NCBI GenBank assembly: GCA_021325515.1
Contig: JAJPHC010000013.1
Coordinates: 1-64,000 of the forward strand
Length of the DNA stretch: 64,000 nucleotides
Reading direction: 5' to 3'
From: Acidobacteriota bacterium
GTDB lineage: Bacteria; Acidobacteriota; Thermoanaerobaculia; Gp7-AA8
Below the pieces are notes generated by a model, which was not told where the DNA came from, ran no database searches, and saw only the letters and a list, made by a program, of their open reading frames with translations. This document shows, one piece after another, positions 1 through 9,536 of this stretch. The translations under genes were made by a program, and so were the position numbers. Position 1 is the first letter of the stretch. Each line of letters starts with the position of its first letter.

Positions 1-99
1 CAACGGCTTTAGAAACAAAACCAACTTCCGAATCGCCATCCTTTTTCACCATGGAGGCCTTGAGCTCTACCCAGTTACCCACTGAAAACCACCATGCCC

Positions 100-356
100 C
101 AGAATTCTGAATTTCGCTTTGCGTTCTGCGTTCTGCTTTTGGGTAGCTCGAGCACAAGTTGCTTCGGCTGCACGGCGGGAGCGGGAAGCTCGCGTGGTGG
201 GGCGATTGAGTGATTCTTTCGGTGCTTTGAAAAGCGAAATGCAGAAGGCAGAAAGCAGAATAGAGAATTCAGAATGAAGAATGGAAGCTGGAACAGTGCA
301 TAGTGCACCTAATTCCATTCTTCATTCTGAATTCTGAATTCTGAATTTCGCTTTTG
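100..356. repeat. family-F composite palindromic repeat (TTCTGAA heptamer units)
   Basis: Copies at 100-150 (+), 229-285 (-) and 315-356 (+) share CCATTCTTCATTCTGAATTCTGAATTTCGCTTTT. The latter two form a large hairpin. Confidence 0.75.
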
Positions 357-375
357 ACATCCGCTGTTGAACGCC

Positions 376-1080
376 TTACGGCCTCGGCGGCCGCCCGCCT
401 CCGCCCTGCGGCGGCATCGGCATCGGCTGTGGCCCGCCGTGATCGCCTGGGCCCGGTCCGCGATGATTGCCGTCCTGCGGTTGGCGCTGACCTTCGTCGC
501 CGCGCGTCCGTCCATCGGGCTGGCGGCCCTTCGGCATGTCGCGCGATGACGGCGGCTCGCGATGGCTGAACACCGATTCCTGTCCCGCGTGCACCATGAA
601 CGGCTCGCGGCGAAGCGGCGACTGCACTTCCACCGTTCCTTCGAACACATCGAGCGTCGTCTGGCCGCTGTTCTCCACGTTCACGGAGTACTGCGTGCCG
701 CGCACGGCCAGCAGCGCGCCGGGCGTCTTCACGATGCGCGGCTCGTTGCCGGTGATCTTGTCGAAGATCGCGTGGATGCGGCCGCGCTCGAGGGAGAGAA
801 TCACGCCCGGCGTTCCTTCCGCGAGCACTACCTTCGTCGAGCTGTAGACCTCGAACTTCGCGCGATAGTGATCGGCGGAGATCAGTGCATACGAGAACCA
901 GCCGGTTTCGACGGCATCGCCGCTCGCCGCGGCTGCGCCTTTGTCGACGCGGCGCATCGCCTTCGCGTTCGTCACCGTGACCGTCCGCTTCACCTCATCG
1001 AACCGGTACGTGATCGCCTCCGGCTGCTGCGCCGACGACGTAGCGCAGAGTACGAGAAAGCATGCCGCGAGTCTCTTCAT
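376..1080 (-). CDS. FecR-domain secreted protein with Pro/Gly-rich C-terminus
   Basis: N-terminal signal peptide (MKRLAACFLVLCATSSAQQ). Central region resembles FecR-like sensor domain. Immediately downstream of the NtrC-type regulator on the same strand. Confidence 0.55.
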   Translation of the reverse strand: MKRLAACFLVLCATSSAQQPEAITYRFDEVKRTVTVTNAKAMRRVDKGAAAASGDAVETGWFSYALISADHYRAKFEVYSSTKVVLAEGTPGVILSLERGRIHAIFDKITGNEPRIVKTPGALLAVRGTQYSVNVENSGQTTLDVFEGTVEVQSPLRREPFMVHAGQESVFSHREPPSSRDMPKGRQPDGRTRGDEGQRQPQDGNHRGPGPGDHGGPQPMPMPPQGGGGRPPRP

Positions 1081-1088
1081 CGTTTCCC

Positions 1089-2450
1089 TCAGTTCTTCCC
1101 GGCGGGAATCGCAAGGCGCTTCATCTTCCGGGCGAGCGTCTTTCTCTCGATTCCCAGAATGAACGCGGCCTGCGTCTGATTTCCTGCCGTGGCCTGCAGC
1201 ACGGCGATGATGTGCCGGCGCTCCGCTTCGTCCAGTGAGACGAGATCGTCCGCCGGCTCGTCTTCCTCTTCGATTTCTTCGGTGCGTTCCTTCGGCACCT
1301 CGATGCCGCGGATCGCCGCCGCCGCCGCTTCGGGGTCGGTGAGCGAGTACGAGTCGATGACGGTTCGCCGCACCACCTGCTCGAGCTCACGCACATTGCC
1401 GGGCCACGCATGCGCGGAGAGGACATCGAGCACGCCCTGCGAGGGACCGGCGATGCTCTCGCGCGCCAGCTCCTTCGCGACGCGCTGGAGGAAGAAGCCG
1501 GCGAGCAGCGGAATGTCGGACTGGCGTTTGCGCAGCGGCGGCACGGCGATCTCGTACCCGGCGAGGCGGTAGTAGAGATCCTCCCGGAACTTGGCCCCGA
1601 CGATGAGCGACTTGAGATCGCGATGCGTCGCGGCGATCACGCGTACGTCGGCGCGATGGCTCTTGTCGGCGCCGAGGGGCGTGACGACGCCGTCCTGCAG
1701 AAAGCGGAGCAGCTTCACCTGAAACGACGGCGAGATGTCGCCGATCTCGTCGAGAAACAGCGTTCCGCCATCCGCGCGGGAGAGTGCGCCGCGGCGCTCC
1801 TGCCGCGCGTCGGTGAACGCGCCGCGCGTCGATCCGAAGAGCTCGTTCTCGAGCAGTGTGTCGGGAATCGCGCCGCAGTTGATCGCGATGAATGGCCCGC
1901 CCGCTCGCGGACTCAGGTCGTGAATCGATTCGGCGACGAGCTCCTTGCCGCTGCCGCTTTCGCCGAGGATGAGAACGGGGATCGGCAGAGGAGCGACGCG
2001 CGCGATGGCCTTGTACATCTCGATCATCAACGGATGCGAACCGATGATGCGCGACGGCACGGCGGGCTCGAACTTCGCCGTTTCCGGCTCGCCCTTCTTC
2101 AGCGCCGACGCGACGCGCGCGATCAGCTCCGAGAGATCGAATGGCTTTGCGAGGTAATCGAATGCGCCGCTGCGGCGGGCGAGCGCCGTCGTCTCGATGC
2201 TGCCGCGCGCCGTCATGAGAATCACGCGCGGCGGATCCTTCCGTTCCGCGATCGCCTGCAGCAGCGAGAGCCCGTCGCCGCCCGGCATGTAGATGTCGCT
2301 GACGACGACATCGGTGCGATGCTCCTTCAGCAACTGCAGTGCGGACGCTGCATCGCTCGCCTGGTGCACGCGATGGCCGGCCTTCGCCAGCGCCATCGCG
2401 GCGCTCTCGCGGATCCCGGCATCGTCATCGACTACGACGACTGTGGCCAC
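1089..2450 (-). CDS. sigma-54-dependent response regulator (NtrC family)
   Basis: N-terminal REC domain (DDD...K). AAA+ sigma54-interaction domain with Walker A GESGSGKE and a GAFTDA motif. C-terminal Fis-type HTH. Confidence 0.9.
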   Translation of the reverse strand: MATVVVVDDDAGIRESAAMALAKAGHRVHQASDAASALQLLKEHRTDVVVSDIYMPGGDGLSLLQAIAERKDPPRVILMTARGSIETTALARRSGAFDYLAKPFDLSELIARVASALKKGEPETAKFEPAVPSRIIGSHPLMIEMYKAIARVAPLPIPVLILGESGSGKELVAESIHDLSPRAGGPFIAINCGAIPDTLLENELFGSTRGAFTDARQERRGALSRADGGTLFLDEIGDISPSFQVKLLRFLQDGVVTPLGADKSHRADVRVIAATHRDLKSLIVGAKFREDLYYRLAGYEIAVPPLRKRQSDIPLLAGFFLQRVAKELARESIAGPSQGVLDVLSAHAWPGNVRELEQVVRRTVIDSYSLTDPEAAAAAIRGIEVPKERTEEIEEEDEPADDLVSLDEAERRHIIAVLQATAGNQTQAAFILGIERKTLARKMKRLAIPAGKN

Positions 2451-4129
2451 TCGCGATCTCCCTTCACCGGCAATGTGACGCGGAAGCGCGACCCGCCGTT
2501 GGCGACATCTTCCATCGTTACGCCTCCGCCATGCCAGCGCGCGACCTCCGCGACAAAGGACAGGCCGAGGCCGAGGCCCTGGGTTCCCGCCGCGGCGGAC
2601 CCGCGAAAAAAGCGCTGAAAGATCCGCTCGCGATCGGCGGCGGAGATGCCCGGGCCGCGGTCTTCGACTTCGATCGCAGCCGCGTCGCCCATCTGCCTGA
2701 CGAAGACGCTGACCTCGCCGCTCGTGTACTTGAGCGCGTTGCTCACGAGATTGTCGATGACTCGCTCGATCATCGCCGCGTCGCCGCGCACCACGACCTC
2801 CTCGGCCGGGACAGCCGCGGCGTGCAGGCGGGATGCGCGCGCTCCCGCCTGGAGAAATTCGACGCGGGCCGCGACGAGCGCGCCGAGGCCGACCATCGAT
2901 GTCGAGGTGTGAAAGTCGCGCTGCGGCAGGCGCTCGAGATCGAGCAGCACGCTAACCATCGACTGCAGCTTCCCGGCCTCGGTCTGCAGCAGTGTCGTCA
3001 CGCGCTTCCGTTCGGCATCGGTGAGCTCGAACGCGGTGAGGAGCTGTGTGAGATTCGACATCGAGGCGAGCGGCGTCTTCAGCTCGTGCGCGAGGAGGCC
3101 GCGCGATTCCTCCAGACGTGTGACGGTCACGCGCGATTGACGGAGTGCGCCCATCATCCGCATTGTCTCGACGGTCGCGGCTGCCGCGAGGGCGCAGAGC
3201 AGCAGTGTCGCAAACGGAATGGCAACAGTTGCGGTGCCGAGGAGGAGAAGGCCGCCGGCGACGACGAGCAGCGCGAAGAGCGGCGCGGCCCCGCGCCACC
3301 GCGCGATGCACCAGACCGCGAGGCCGGCGATGAGTCCGGAGACGAGCGGCGGAACTTCGCGGACCGCTTCGCTGCGGATGACCGACTCCGTCGCTGCGGC
3401 GTGAACCGTGACGCCCGGATCGGGCATATGGCCGGAGACCGGCGTCAGCACACGGTCGCCGAGGGCGAAGGCGGTGGGGCCGATGAAGACGATGCGTCCG
3501 GTTAGCGAAGCCCTGCTCCACGCCGCGACGTCCGTCGCTGCGCTCGAGCGCGGCACGTCCCCGGGGCGCGTGCGAAACGCAGGCGCGATGGAAGTGCCGA
3601 CCGGCACCGGCGCGCCGGTGATGATCGATGCGGCTTCGATCGGAATCGCGGTGAGCGCCCGGTCGCGGCTCTGCTTCGTCGCAGCGAAGCGGCGGATGAT
3701 GCCATCGTGATCGACCTCGAAGTTTCCGTGCGCCGGAATGAGCTCACCGAGTGAAGGCGAAGGCGTGATCCAGTGTCCCTGTTCGTCGAGCACGGAGACG
3801 CCGAAGACGGGAAGCCGCTTTGCTGCTTTTGCGAGCGCGTCATCGCCCGGCCCGGACTCGGGAAGAAGAATGTCGAGCACGACCGCGCGCGCGCCGGCAT
3901 CCGCGGCACGATCGACGAGAGAGGCGAGTGTCGCGCGCGACCACGGCCAGCGCCCGAGCTTCGCCAGCGACGGCTCATCGATCGCGATGATCACGGTGTG
4001 AGCCGCGGGCCGCGAGGGGAGGATGCGCAGCGCGAGATCGCGTGCGGGATTCTCGAGTGAGCGCCCGGCCGGCGAGGCGAGAATCAGCGTCGCGAGAAGC
4101 GCGGTCGCGGCAGCCGCCCAGGGACGCAT
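2432..4129 (-). CDS. CHASE2-domain sensor histidine kinase
   Basis: Signal/TM followed by a periplasmic CHASE2-like domain and TM helices. HisKA H-box HELKTPLASM and a HATPase_c domain. Overlaps the start of the downstream RR gene (operon). Confidence 0.85.
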   Translation of the reverse strand: MRPWAAAATALLATLILASPAGRSLENPARDLALRILPSRPAAHTVIIAIDEPSLAKLGRWPWSRATLASLVDRAADAGARAVVLDILLPESGPGDDALAKAAKRLPVFGVSVLDEQGHWITPSPSLGELIPAHGNFEVDHDGIIRRFAATKQSRDRALTAIPIEAASIITGAPVPVGTSIAPAFRTRPGDVPRSSAATDVAAWSRASLTGRIVFIGPTAFALGDRVLTPVSGHMPDPGVTVHAAATESVIRSEAVREVPPLVSGLIAGLAVWCIARWRGAAPLFALLVVAGGLLLLGTATVAIPFATLLLCALAAAATVETMRMMGALRQSRVTVTRLEESRGLLAHELKTPLASMSNLTQLLTAFELTDAERKRVTTLLQTEAGKLQSMVSVLLDLERLPQRDFHTSTSMVGLGALVAARVEFLQAGARASRLHAAAVPAEEVVVRGDAAMIERVIDNLVSNALKYTSGEVSVFVRQMGDAAAIEVEDRGPGISAADRERIFQRFFRGSAAAGTQGLGLGLSFVAEVARWHGGGVTMEDVANGGSRFRVTLPVKGDREWPQSS

Positions 4130-4273
4130 GCCGAAGTGTAACGTCCGGGTGCGGGGTTTACCGTTGAACGCGCCTGCGAATCATTCCAGATGCTGGGCGC
4201 GGCGCGAGCTGTAGCAGCGCTTTTCTTCCCATCGCCACAACGCCGCCACAATCGGTCTCTATCGTTTCGCTGC

Positions 4274-5074
4274 ATGTGGCGATCGTTGCTTCTTCTCGCT
4301 CTGGCTGTTCCGCTCTCAGCCGCTCAGAACCTCACGTCGACGCTCGGCGCGTTGCAGGGGATTCCCGTCGAAGATGAGCAGAGCGGCGTACCTCCCGATG
4401 CAACCCTGCTGATGTCCAACGCGAAGGACGCGCTTCGCGACCTGGCGATCGCCACATTGCAGGGTCAGCCGGGAACGGCCGCGGCGATTGCTCCGCAGAT
4501 TCAGAACCGGCTCGAACACGCCGCCGCGGTGGCGGATGGCGATGTCGCGGAACGATTCGGCGACATCATCGGCGCCGCCGTCACCTCGCCCGCGCCAAAT
4601 CTGCTCGCGGTCGAATACACGCTGAACATTCCGTGCGGATCCGACGCGCAACTGCTGCTCTTTCGATTCGATAGGACGTGGAAGCTCGTCTACGAGCGCC
4701 GCGAAGATGGCTACGACTCGATCGCGTATGCACTGGGCTCCTTCGAGTGGAGGATCTCGCCGCCCGATCCGCAGGGACGCTTTCTCGTTCTCACCGCGTC
4801 GATCTCGCCCGGGTGCAATTCGAACTGGCATACGTTCGTGTATCGCGCCGAGCATGTGGATCCGCAGGGTGGCGCGCCCGTGCTGATCGACGAAGGAAAG
4901 GCGCCGAGCTTCGGCTGGGATTACGAGATCTCGACCGGCGTCGAGAGCTACTCGATCCGCTTTCAGACCCGCGCGTGCGACGACGCCGGTTTCGTACGCG
5001 ATGCCGTTCTCGATGTCAGGGTCGAGAACGATCGTCCGGTTCGACAGGCCGAAGAGTGTGATTCCGCGCGGTGA
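4274..5074 (+). CDS. hypothetical secreted protein
   Basis: ATG at 4274 gives signal peptide MWRSLLLLALAVPLSAAQ. No recognisable domain. Confidence 0.5.
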   Translation: MWRSLLLLALAVPLSAAQNLTSTLGALQGIPVEDEQSGVPPDATLLMSNAKDALRDLAIATLQGQPGTAAAIAPQIQNRLEHAAAVADGDVAERFGDIIGAAVTSPAPNLLAVEYTLNIPCGSDAQLLLFRFDRTWKLVYERREDGYDSIAYALGSFEWRISPPDPQGRFLVLTASISPGCNSNWHTFVYRAEHVDPQGGAPVLIDEGKAPSFGWDYEISTGVESYSIRFQTRACDDAGFVRDAVLDVRVENDRPVRQAEECDSAR

Positions 5075-5103
5075 GAGAACCGGTTCTATCATGACGGCAC
5101 CAC

Positions 5104-7554
5104 ATGAACGAGGACCGCACGGAGATCCGGTCTCCGGAAGAGACGCCGACGGTAGTCGTTGGCGAGCCGTCTAACCATTCGCTGCAGCTCACGCCCGGAG
5201 CCGTCCTCGGCGGCCGTTATCGGATCGTGTCGCAGATCGGCCGCGGAGGCATGGGTGCCGTCTATCGCGCCGATGATCTGAAGCTGGGTCAGACGGTCGC
5301 ACTCAAGTTTCTCTCCGCCATCAGTCATGCGCCCCGCCTCCTCGACGAAGTACGGATCGGCAGGCAGATCTCGCATCCGAATGTCTGCCGGTTGTATGAC
5401 GTGGCCGAGGCGGATGGGCAGACGTTCATCACGATGGAGTTCGTCGATGGCGAGGACCTCTCGTCGCTCCTGCGCCGCGTGGGACGCCTGCCTGCCGAGA
5501 AAGCGCTCGCGGTCGCGCGGGACATCTGCGCCGGGCTGGCCGCCGCACATGAGAAGAATGTGATCCACCGCGATCTGAAGCCGGCGAACGTGATGATCGA
5601 CGGCCGCGGCCGCGCGCGCGTCACCGACTTCGGGCTCGCCGTCGCGGGAGAAGCGCGCGATCAGTCGGGCACACCGGCGTACATGGCGCCGGAGCAGCTC
5701 GCAGGGATGCCGGCCTCGCAGGCGAGTGACATCTATGCGCTGGGGCTCGTGCTCTACGAGGTGTTCACCGGCCGCCGCCCGTTCGAATCGAATTCGACGC
5801 ACGACCTGATGCTCAAGCAGCGCGCCTCGGAGTACACGCGGCCGTCAGTCGCGAGCCGCGAGGTGCCCACCGCGGTCGAGCGCATCATCGTCCGCTGTCT
5901 CGATCCGGAACCGGCGGAGCGTCCGCCGTCGGTCGAGTCCATCGCACGCGAGCTGCCGGGCGGCGACACGCTCTCACTCGCCGTTGCAGCAGGCGAGACG
6001 CCCTCTCCCGCGATGGTCGCCGCGGTATCGAAGCGAGGAGACCTCCGGCCGTCGATCGCGTGGCCGTTGCTGCTGGTCGTTGTCGCCGGATTTCTCGTGA
6101 ACGCGGCGATGTCGGATCGCAGCCGGATTCAGGTCGCTGCGCCGGAAGTGCTGCGCGTGCGAGCCCGGTCGATCCTGGCAGAGGCCGGGGTAAGCGGTGC
6201 CGTGCGCGACTCCGCCATGTTCATGACGAAGGCATACGGAGGACTGCTCGCGGTCTATCGGCAGTCGCCCCGCGCCATGCGGGCGCGCAATGGGAACGGC
6301 CAGCTCGAATGGAACGACCCGCCGCTCGATTCAGGCCAGGCGCGCGTGATGCTCGATTCGAAAGGCTCGCTGATCGAGCTCGCGGTTGCACCACCCGCGG
6401 CCGAACGCGCGCGCACGGCGGGCACTCCGCAATGGGAGCCGCTGCTGGCCGCGGCCGGTTACGACGCGCGCACGTTGCAGCCAGCCACGCCGGAGCGCGC
6501 GGCACCGGTCGACACCGACGCGAAATTCGCATGGTCCGGCAGAAACGGCGCACACATCGAGGCGGCCTCGTATCACGGCCGCGCGGTCTGGTTTTCGACG
6601 GCACCGATCACGCGGCACGGCTTCTTGTTCACACTGGAGAGCTCGTTCGCTGACCGGATCGCGGTGGCGATGTTCGTCATCCTCATGATCATGATTCCCG
6701 TCGCGGCATTTCTGCTCGCGCGTGCGAATCTGAGGAGCAAGCAGATCGATCGTGCCGGAACGATGCGAACGGCAGCCGCGTTCGGCCTGGCGTTCTTCAT
6801 CGGCTTCACCTTTCGCGCACATCATCCGATGACCTTCATCGATGAGTGGCTCATTGAATCGTGGATCATGTCGCAAGTGACGTTCTGGACGCTGAACTTC
6901 GCGCTGTTCTACGTAGCGCTGGAGCCGCTGGTGCGAAGACGGTGGCCGCAGATTCTCATCTCGTGGTCGCGTCTGATCTCAGGCCGCTACAGCGATCCGA
7001 TGGTCGGCCGCGACATTCTCATCGGCGCCGCGGCGTCGGTCGTCTGCGCAATCCTCTGGCAGACGGCCTGCGTTCTTTCGGGAACTCCGCAAGTCGGTGC
7101 TGCGCTGGCCATTGGTCCCGCGCCGATGATGATGTACACGGTCATGACGGCGTTCGCGGAAGCGCTGATGCGCGGCTACGGACTCGTGCTGTTTCTCGTG
7201 CTCGTGCGGGCGGTGATTCATCACGAGGGAGCGATGGCGACGATCTGCGTGCTCGCCGTCGGCGCGTTGACTCTCGGCGACGTGCCTGGGACGTTCGGAG
7301 TCCGTGCGATGTTCGCGTTTCCGGCGGCACTGGCCGCCGTGGTGCTCGCGCGGCGCTGCGGGTTGCTCGCGCTCATGTCCTATGCGTTCTTCGTGCTGCT
7401 GCAGGAACGACTGCCGCTGACGCTCGACGGCGACGTGTGGTACTTCGGACGATCGGCCTGCATGCTCCTGCTGATGACGGTCATCGCCGCGTGGGCCTTC
7501 CGCACTTCGCTCGGCGCAAGGCGATGGCTGCCAAGGCTCGCCTGGGAGGCATGA
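5104..7554 (+). CDS. Ser/Thr protein kinase fused to large polytopic membrane domain
   Basis: Hanks kinase motifs: GxGxxG (GRGGMGAVY), VALK, HRDLKPANV, DFG, APE. C-terminal ~500 aa contain at least 8 predicted TM helices with no recognisable domain. Confidence 0.85.
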   Translation: MNEDRTEIRSPEETPTVVVGEPSNHSLQLTPGAVLGGRYRIVSQIGRGGMGAVYRADDLKLGQTVALKFLSAISHAPRLLDEVRIGRQISHPNVCRLYDVAEADGQTFITMEFVDGEDLSSLLRRVGRLPAEKALAVARDICAGLAAAHEKNVIHRDLKPANVMIDGRGRARVTDFGLAVAGEARDQSGTPAYMAPEQLAGMPASQASDIYALGLVLYEVFTGRRPFESNSTHDLMLKQRASEYTRPSVASREVPTAVERIIVRCLDPEPAERPPSVESIARELPGGDTLSLAVAAGETPSPAMVAAVSKRGDLRPSIAWPLLLVVVAGFLVNAAMSDRSRIQVAAPEVLRVRARSILAEAGVSGAVRDSAMFMTKAYGGLLAVYRQSPRAMRARNGNGQLEWNDPPLDSGQARVMLDSKGSLIELAVAPPAAERARTAGTPQWEPLLAAAGYDARTLQPATPERAAPVDTDAKFAWSGRNGAHIEAASYHGRAVWFSTAPITRHGFLFTLESSFADRIAVAMFVILMIMIPVAAFLLARANLRSKQIDRAGTMRTAAAFGLAFFIGFTFRAHHPMTFIDEWLIESWIMSQVTFWTLNFALFYVALEPLVRRRWPQILISWSRLISGRYSDPMVGRDILIGAAASVVCAILWQTACVLSGTPQVGAALAIGPAPMMMYTVMTAFAEALMRGYGLVLFLVLVRAVIHHEGAMATICVLAVGALTLGDVPGTFGVRAMFAFPAALAAVVLARRCGLLALMSYAFFVLLQERLPLTLDGDVWYFGRSACMLLLMTVIAAWAFRTSLGARRWLPRLAWEA

Positions 7555-7567
7555 CTCCGCGAGCTTG

Positions 7568-8416
7568 CTACGCGGTGACGAACTTCGCGGCTGCTTCGAT
7601 CACGGCCGGGTCGCGCAGAATCCTGCGGTGGCCCAGCCCTTCCGTCGTGATCATCCGCGCGCCGGGCCACGCTTCGACGATCGCGGCGCCCTCGCTGTGC
7701 AGCGTCTCATGGTCGTCGCGATCGTGAATGACGAGCAGCGGCGTCTTCATCCCGCGCGCGGCGAGTGAGAGCGAGAAGTCGCTCATCTTGCGGAGAAACC
7801 GCTGCTCGATGCGGAGACGCATGCGATCGATGATCTCGCTCTCGAGTCCGAGAATCTCGCGGAAGCGTTCGGTGTAGTCGGTGGGGTTGAGCGGCGGCGC
7901 GATGAAGACCGCGCGCTTTGCGCTCAAGCCTTCGCGCAGCGCGAGCGTCGTTGCCGCGCAGCCGAGCGAGTGCGCGATCACGGCATCGACTTCGCCGTTC
8001 GACACCTGTTCGACGACGCTGCGCAGCGCCCACGCGAAGTGGACGATCGAAGAACGCCTGCCGGCCGAGCCGCCGTGTCCCGGTGCGTCGAACGCGATCA
8101 CCGTGCGGCCTGCCTCGACGAGAGGCGCAACGAACGTCGCCATCTGCGAGCCGCGTCCTTCCCATCCGTGCACGAGCACGACGATGGGACCGCTTCCCCA
8201 GCTCCAGGCGCGGAGCGAGACTTCCTCGCCGGCGAGGATCTCGAACGGCGTCGCGCCTTCGAGCAGCGCGCGCTCGCGCGGCGGTGTGCGATGGCGCCGC
8301 GGGCGCATGAAGAGATCCGCGGCGACGCGTGTCGCGACGCGCGGTGCGGTGCGGGAAAGAACACGGAGCGCACCGCGCATCACGGTGAGCCCGATCTCGG
8401 GCGCAGTTTCGGGCAT
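7568..8416 (-). CDS. alpha/beta hydrolase
   Basis: HGWxG oxyanion region, nucleophile elbow AHSLG, C-terminal His. Start placed at MPETAPEIG, with a GGAGG RBS 7 nt upstream on the minus strand. Confidence 0.8.
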   Translation of the reverse strand: MPETAPEIGLTVMRGALRVLSRTAPRVATRVAADLFMRPRRHRTPPRERALLEGATPFEILAGEEVSLRAWSWGSGPIVVLVHGWEGRGSQMATFVAPLVEAGRTVIAFDAPGHGGSAGRRSSIVHFAWALRSVVEQVSNGEVDAVIAHSLGCAATTLALREGLSAKRAVFIAPPLNPTDYTERFREILGLESEIIDRMRLRIEQRFLRKMSDFSLSLAARGMKTPLLVIHDRDDHETLHSEGAAIVEAWPGARMITTEGLGHRRILRDPAVIEAAAKFVTA

Positions 8417-8470
8417 GGGAACCTCCGTCAGGAGGCGGAAAATAGCACGATCGTTCGTTCGATTGCAAGC

Positions 8471-8495
8471 GGAGTGCGGACGCCTCGTCCGCACT
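8471..8495. repeat. family-C element, single unit
   Basis: GGAGTGCGGACGCCTCGTCCGCACT in the divergent intergenic region. Confidence 0.75.
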
Positions 8496-8508
8496 TGCGG
8501 CGCGGCTT

Positions 8509-9474
8509 ATGCTTCTCCCACACCGCATGAACCAGCGACGCGAACTCGCCCTCGGCTGCATGGCGATGTCGGGCATGTATGGGCCAGCATCGGAAACAGA
8601 GTCGATCGCCACGATTCACGAGGCCATCGACCGCGGCATCACCCTCCTCGATACCGGGGACTTCTACGGCTCCGGACACAACGAGATGCTCATCGGCCGC
8701 GCGATTCGCGATCGCCGCGATCGCGTGCGCCTCTCGGTGAAGTTCGGCGCGATGCGTGCTCCCGGCGGGATGTTCATCGGCTTCGACAGCCGTCCGGCCG
8801 CCGTCAAGAACTCGCTTGCCTACTCACTCGTTCGACTCGGCGTCGAGCACATCGACATCTACCGCCCCTCGCGCCTCGATCCCAATGTCGCGATCGAGGA
8901 AACGATCGGCGCGATCAAAGAGATGATCGACGCAGGTCACGTGCGCCAGATCGGTCTGTCGGAGGTCGGCGTCGAAATCATTCGCCGCGCGCAGGCAGTC
9001 CATCCGATTCACGACCTCCAGATCGAGTATTCGATCGTGAGCCGCGGTCCCGAGACGAAAATCTTTCCCGCGCTGGAGCAGCTTGGCATCAAGGTGACCG
9101 CGTATGGACTGCTGTCGCGCGGACTGCTCTCAGGATCCAGACCGACCGGGCCGGCCGATTTCCGCCGGCATCTTCCCCGCTTCAGCGGCGAGAACCTCGA
9201 GCGCAATCAGCGAGTGGTCGAAGTGCTGCGCGATCTCGCGGAGGAGAGAAACGTCACCCCTTCCCAGCTCGCGATCGCCTGGGTTCTCGCGAAGAACGAA
9301 AACGTGATCCCGGTGATCGGGCCGCGCACGCGCGAGCAGTTGCGCGATGCCCTCGGAGCGCTCGACGTCACGCTATCCGCAGACGACGTGAAGAGGATCG
9401 AGAGCGCAGTGCCGGAAGTTGCCGGGACCCGGTACGACGAGCGACAGATGAAGAATCTCGACAGCGAGAAGTGA
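8509..9474 (+). CDS. aldo/keto reductase
   Basis: AKR motifs (LDTGDFYG, GLSE). An alternative start MNQRREL at 8527 is possible. Confidence 0.85.
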   Translation: MLLPHRMNQRRELALGCMAMSGMYGPASETESIATIHEAIDRGITLLDTGDFYGSGHNEMLIGRAIRDRRDRVRLSVKFGAMRAPGGMFIGFDSRPAAVKNSLAYSLVRLGVEHIDIYRPSRLDPNVAIEETIGAIKEMIDAGHVRQIGLSEVGVEIIRRAQAVHPIHDLQIEYSIVSRGPETKIFPALEQLGIKVTAYGLLSRGLLSGSRPTGPADFRRHLPRFSGENLERNQRVVEVLRDLAEERNVTPSQLAIAWVLAKNENVIPVIGPRTREQLRDALGALDVTLSADDVKRIESAVPEVAGTRYDERQMKNLDSEK

Positions 9475-9486
9475 CGCGACGCGCGG

Positions 9487-9536
9487 GGCCCCTCACCCCT
9501 GGCCCCTCTCCCCGCTTTGCGGGGCGAGGGGGACGG
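9487..9536 (-). repeat. family-B GC-rich hairpin REP element, copy 1
   Basis: Reverse complement of the family-B consensus. Lies in the 18-bp gap between convergent AKR and hydrolase genes and extends into both 3' ends. Confidence 0.85.

Noticed and set aside
1410-2618. 402-aa ORF antisense to the NtrC-type regulator
   Set aside because: Arg/Ala-rich and no domain. It overlaps a well-supported gene on the opposite strand.
1080-4280. Sigma-54 (-24/-12) promoter near the NtrC-type regulator operon
   Set aside because: I scanned the flanking intergenic regions for TGGCAC-N5-TTGC(A/T) and found no convincing match, so no sigma54 promoter is annotated.
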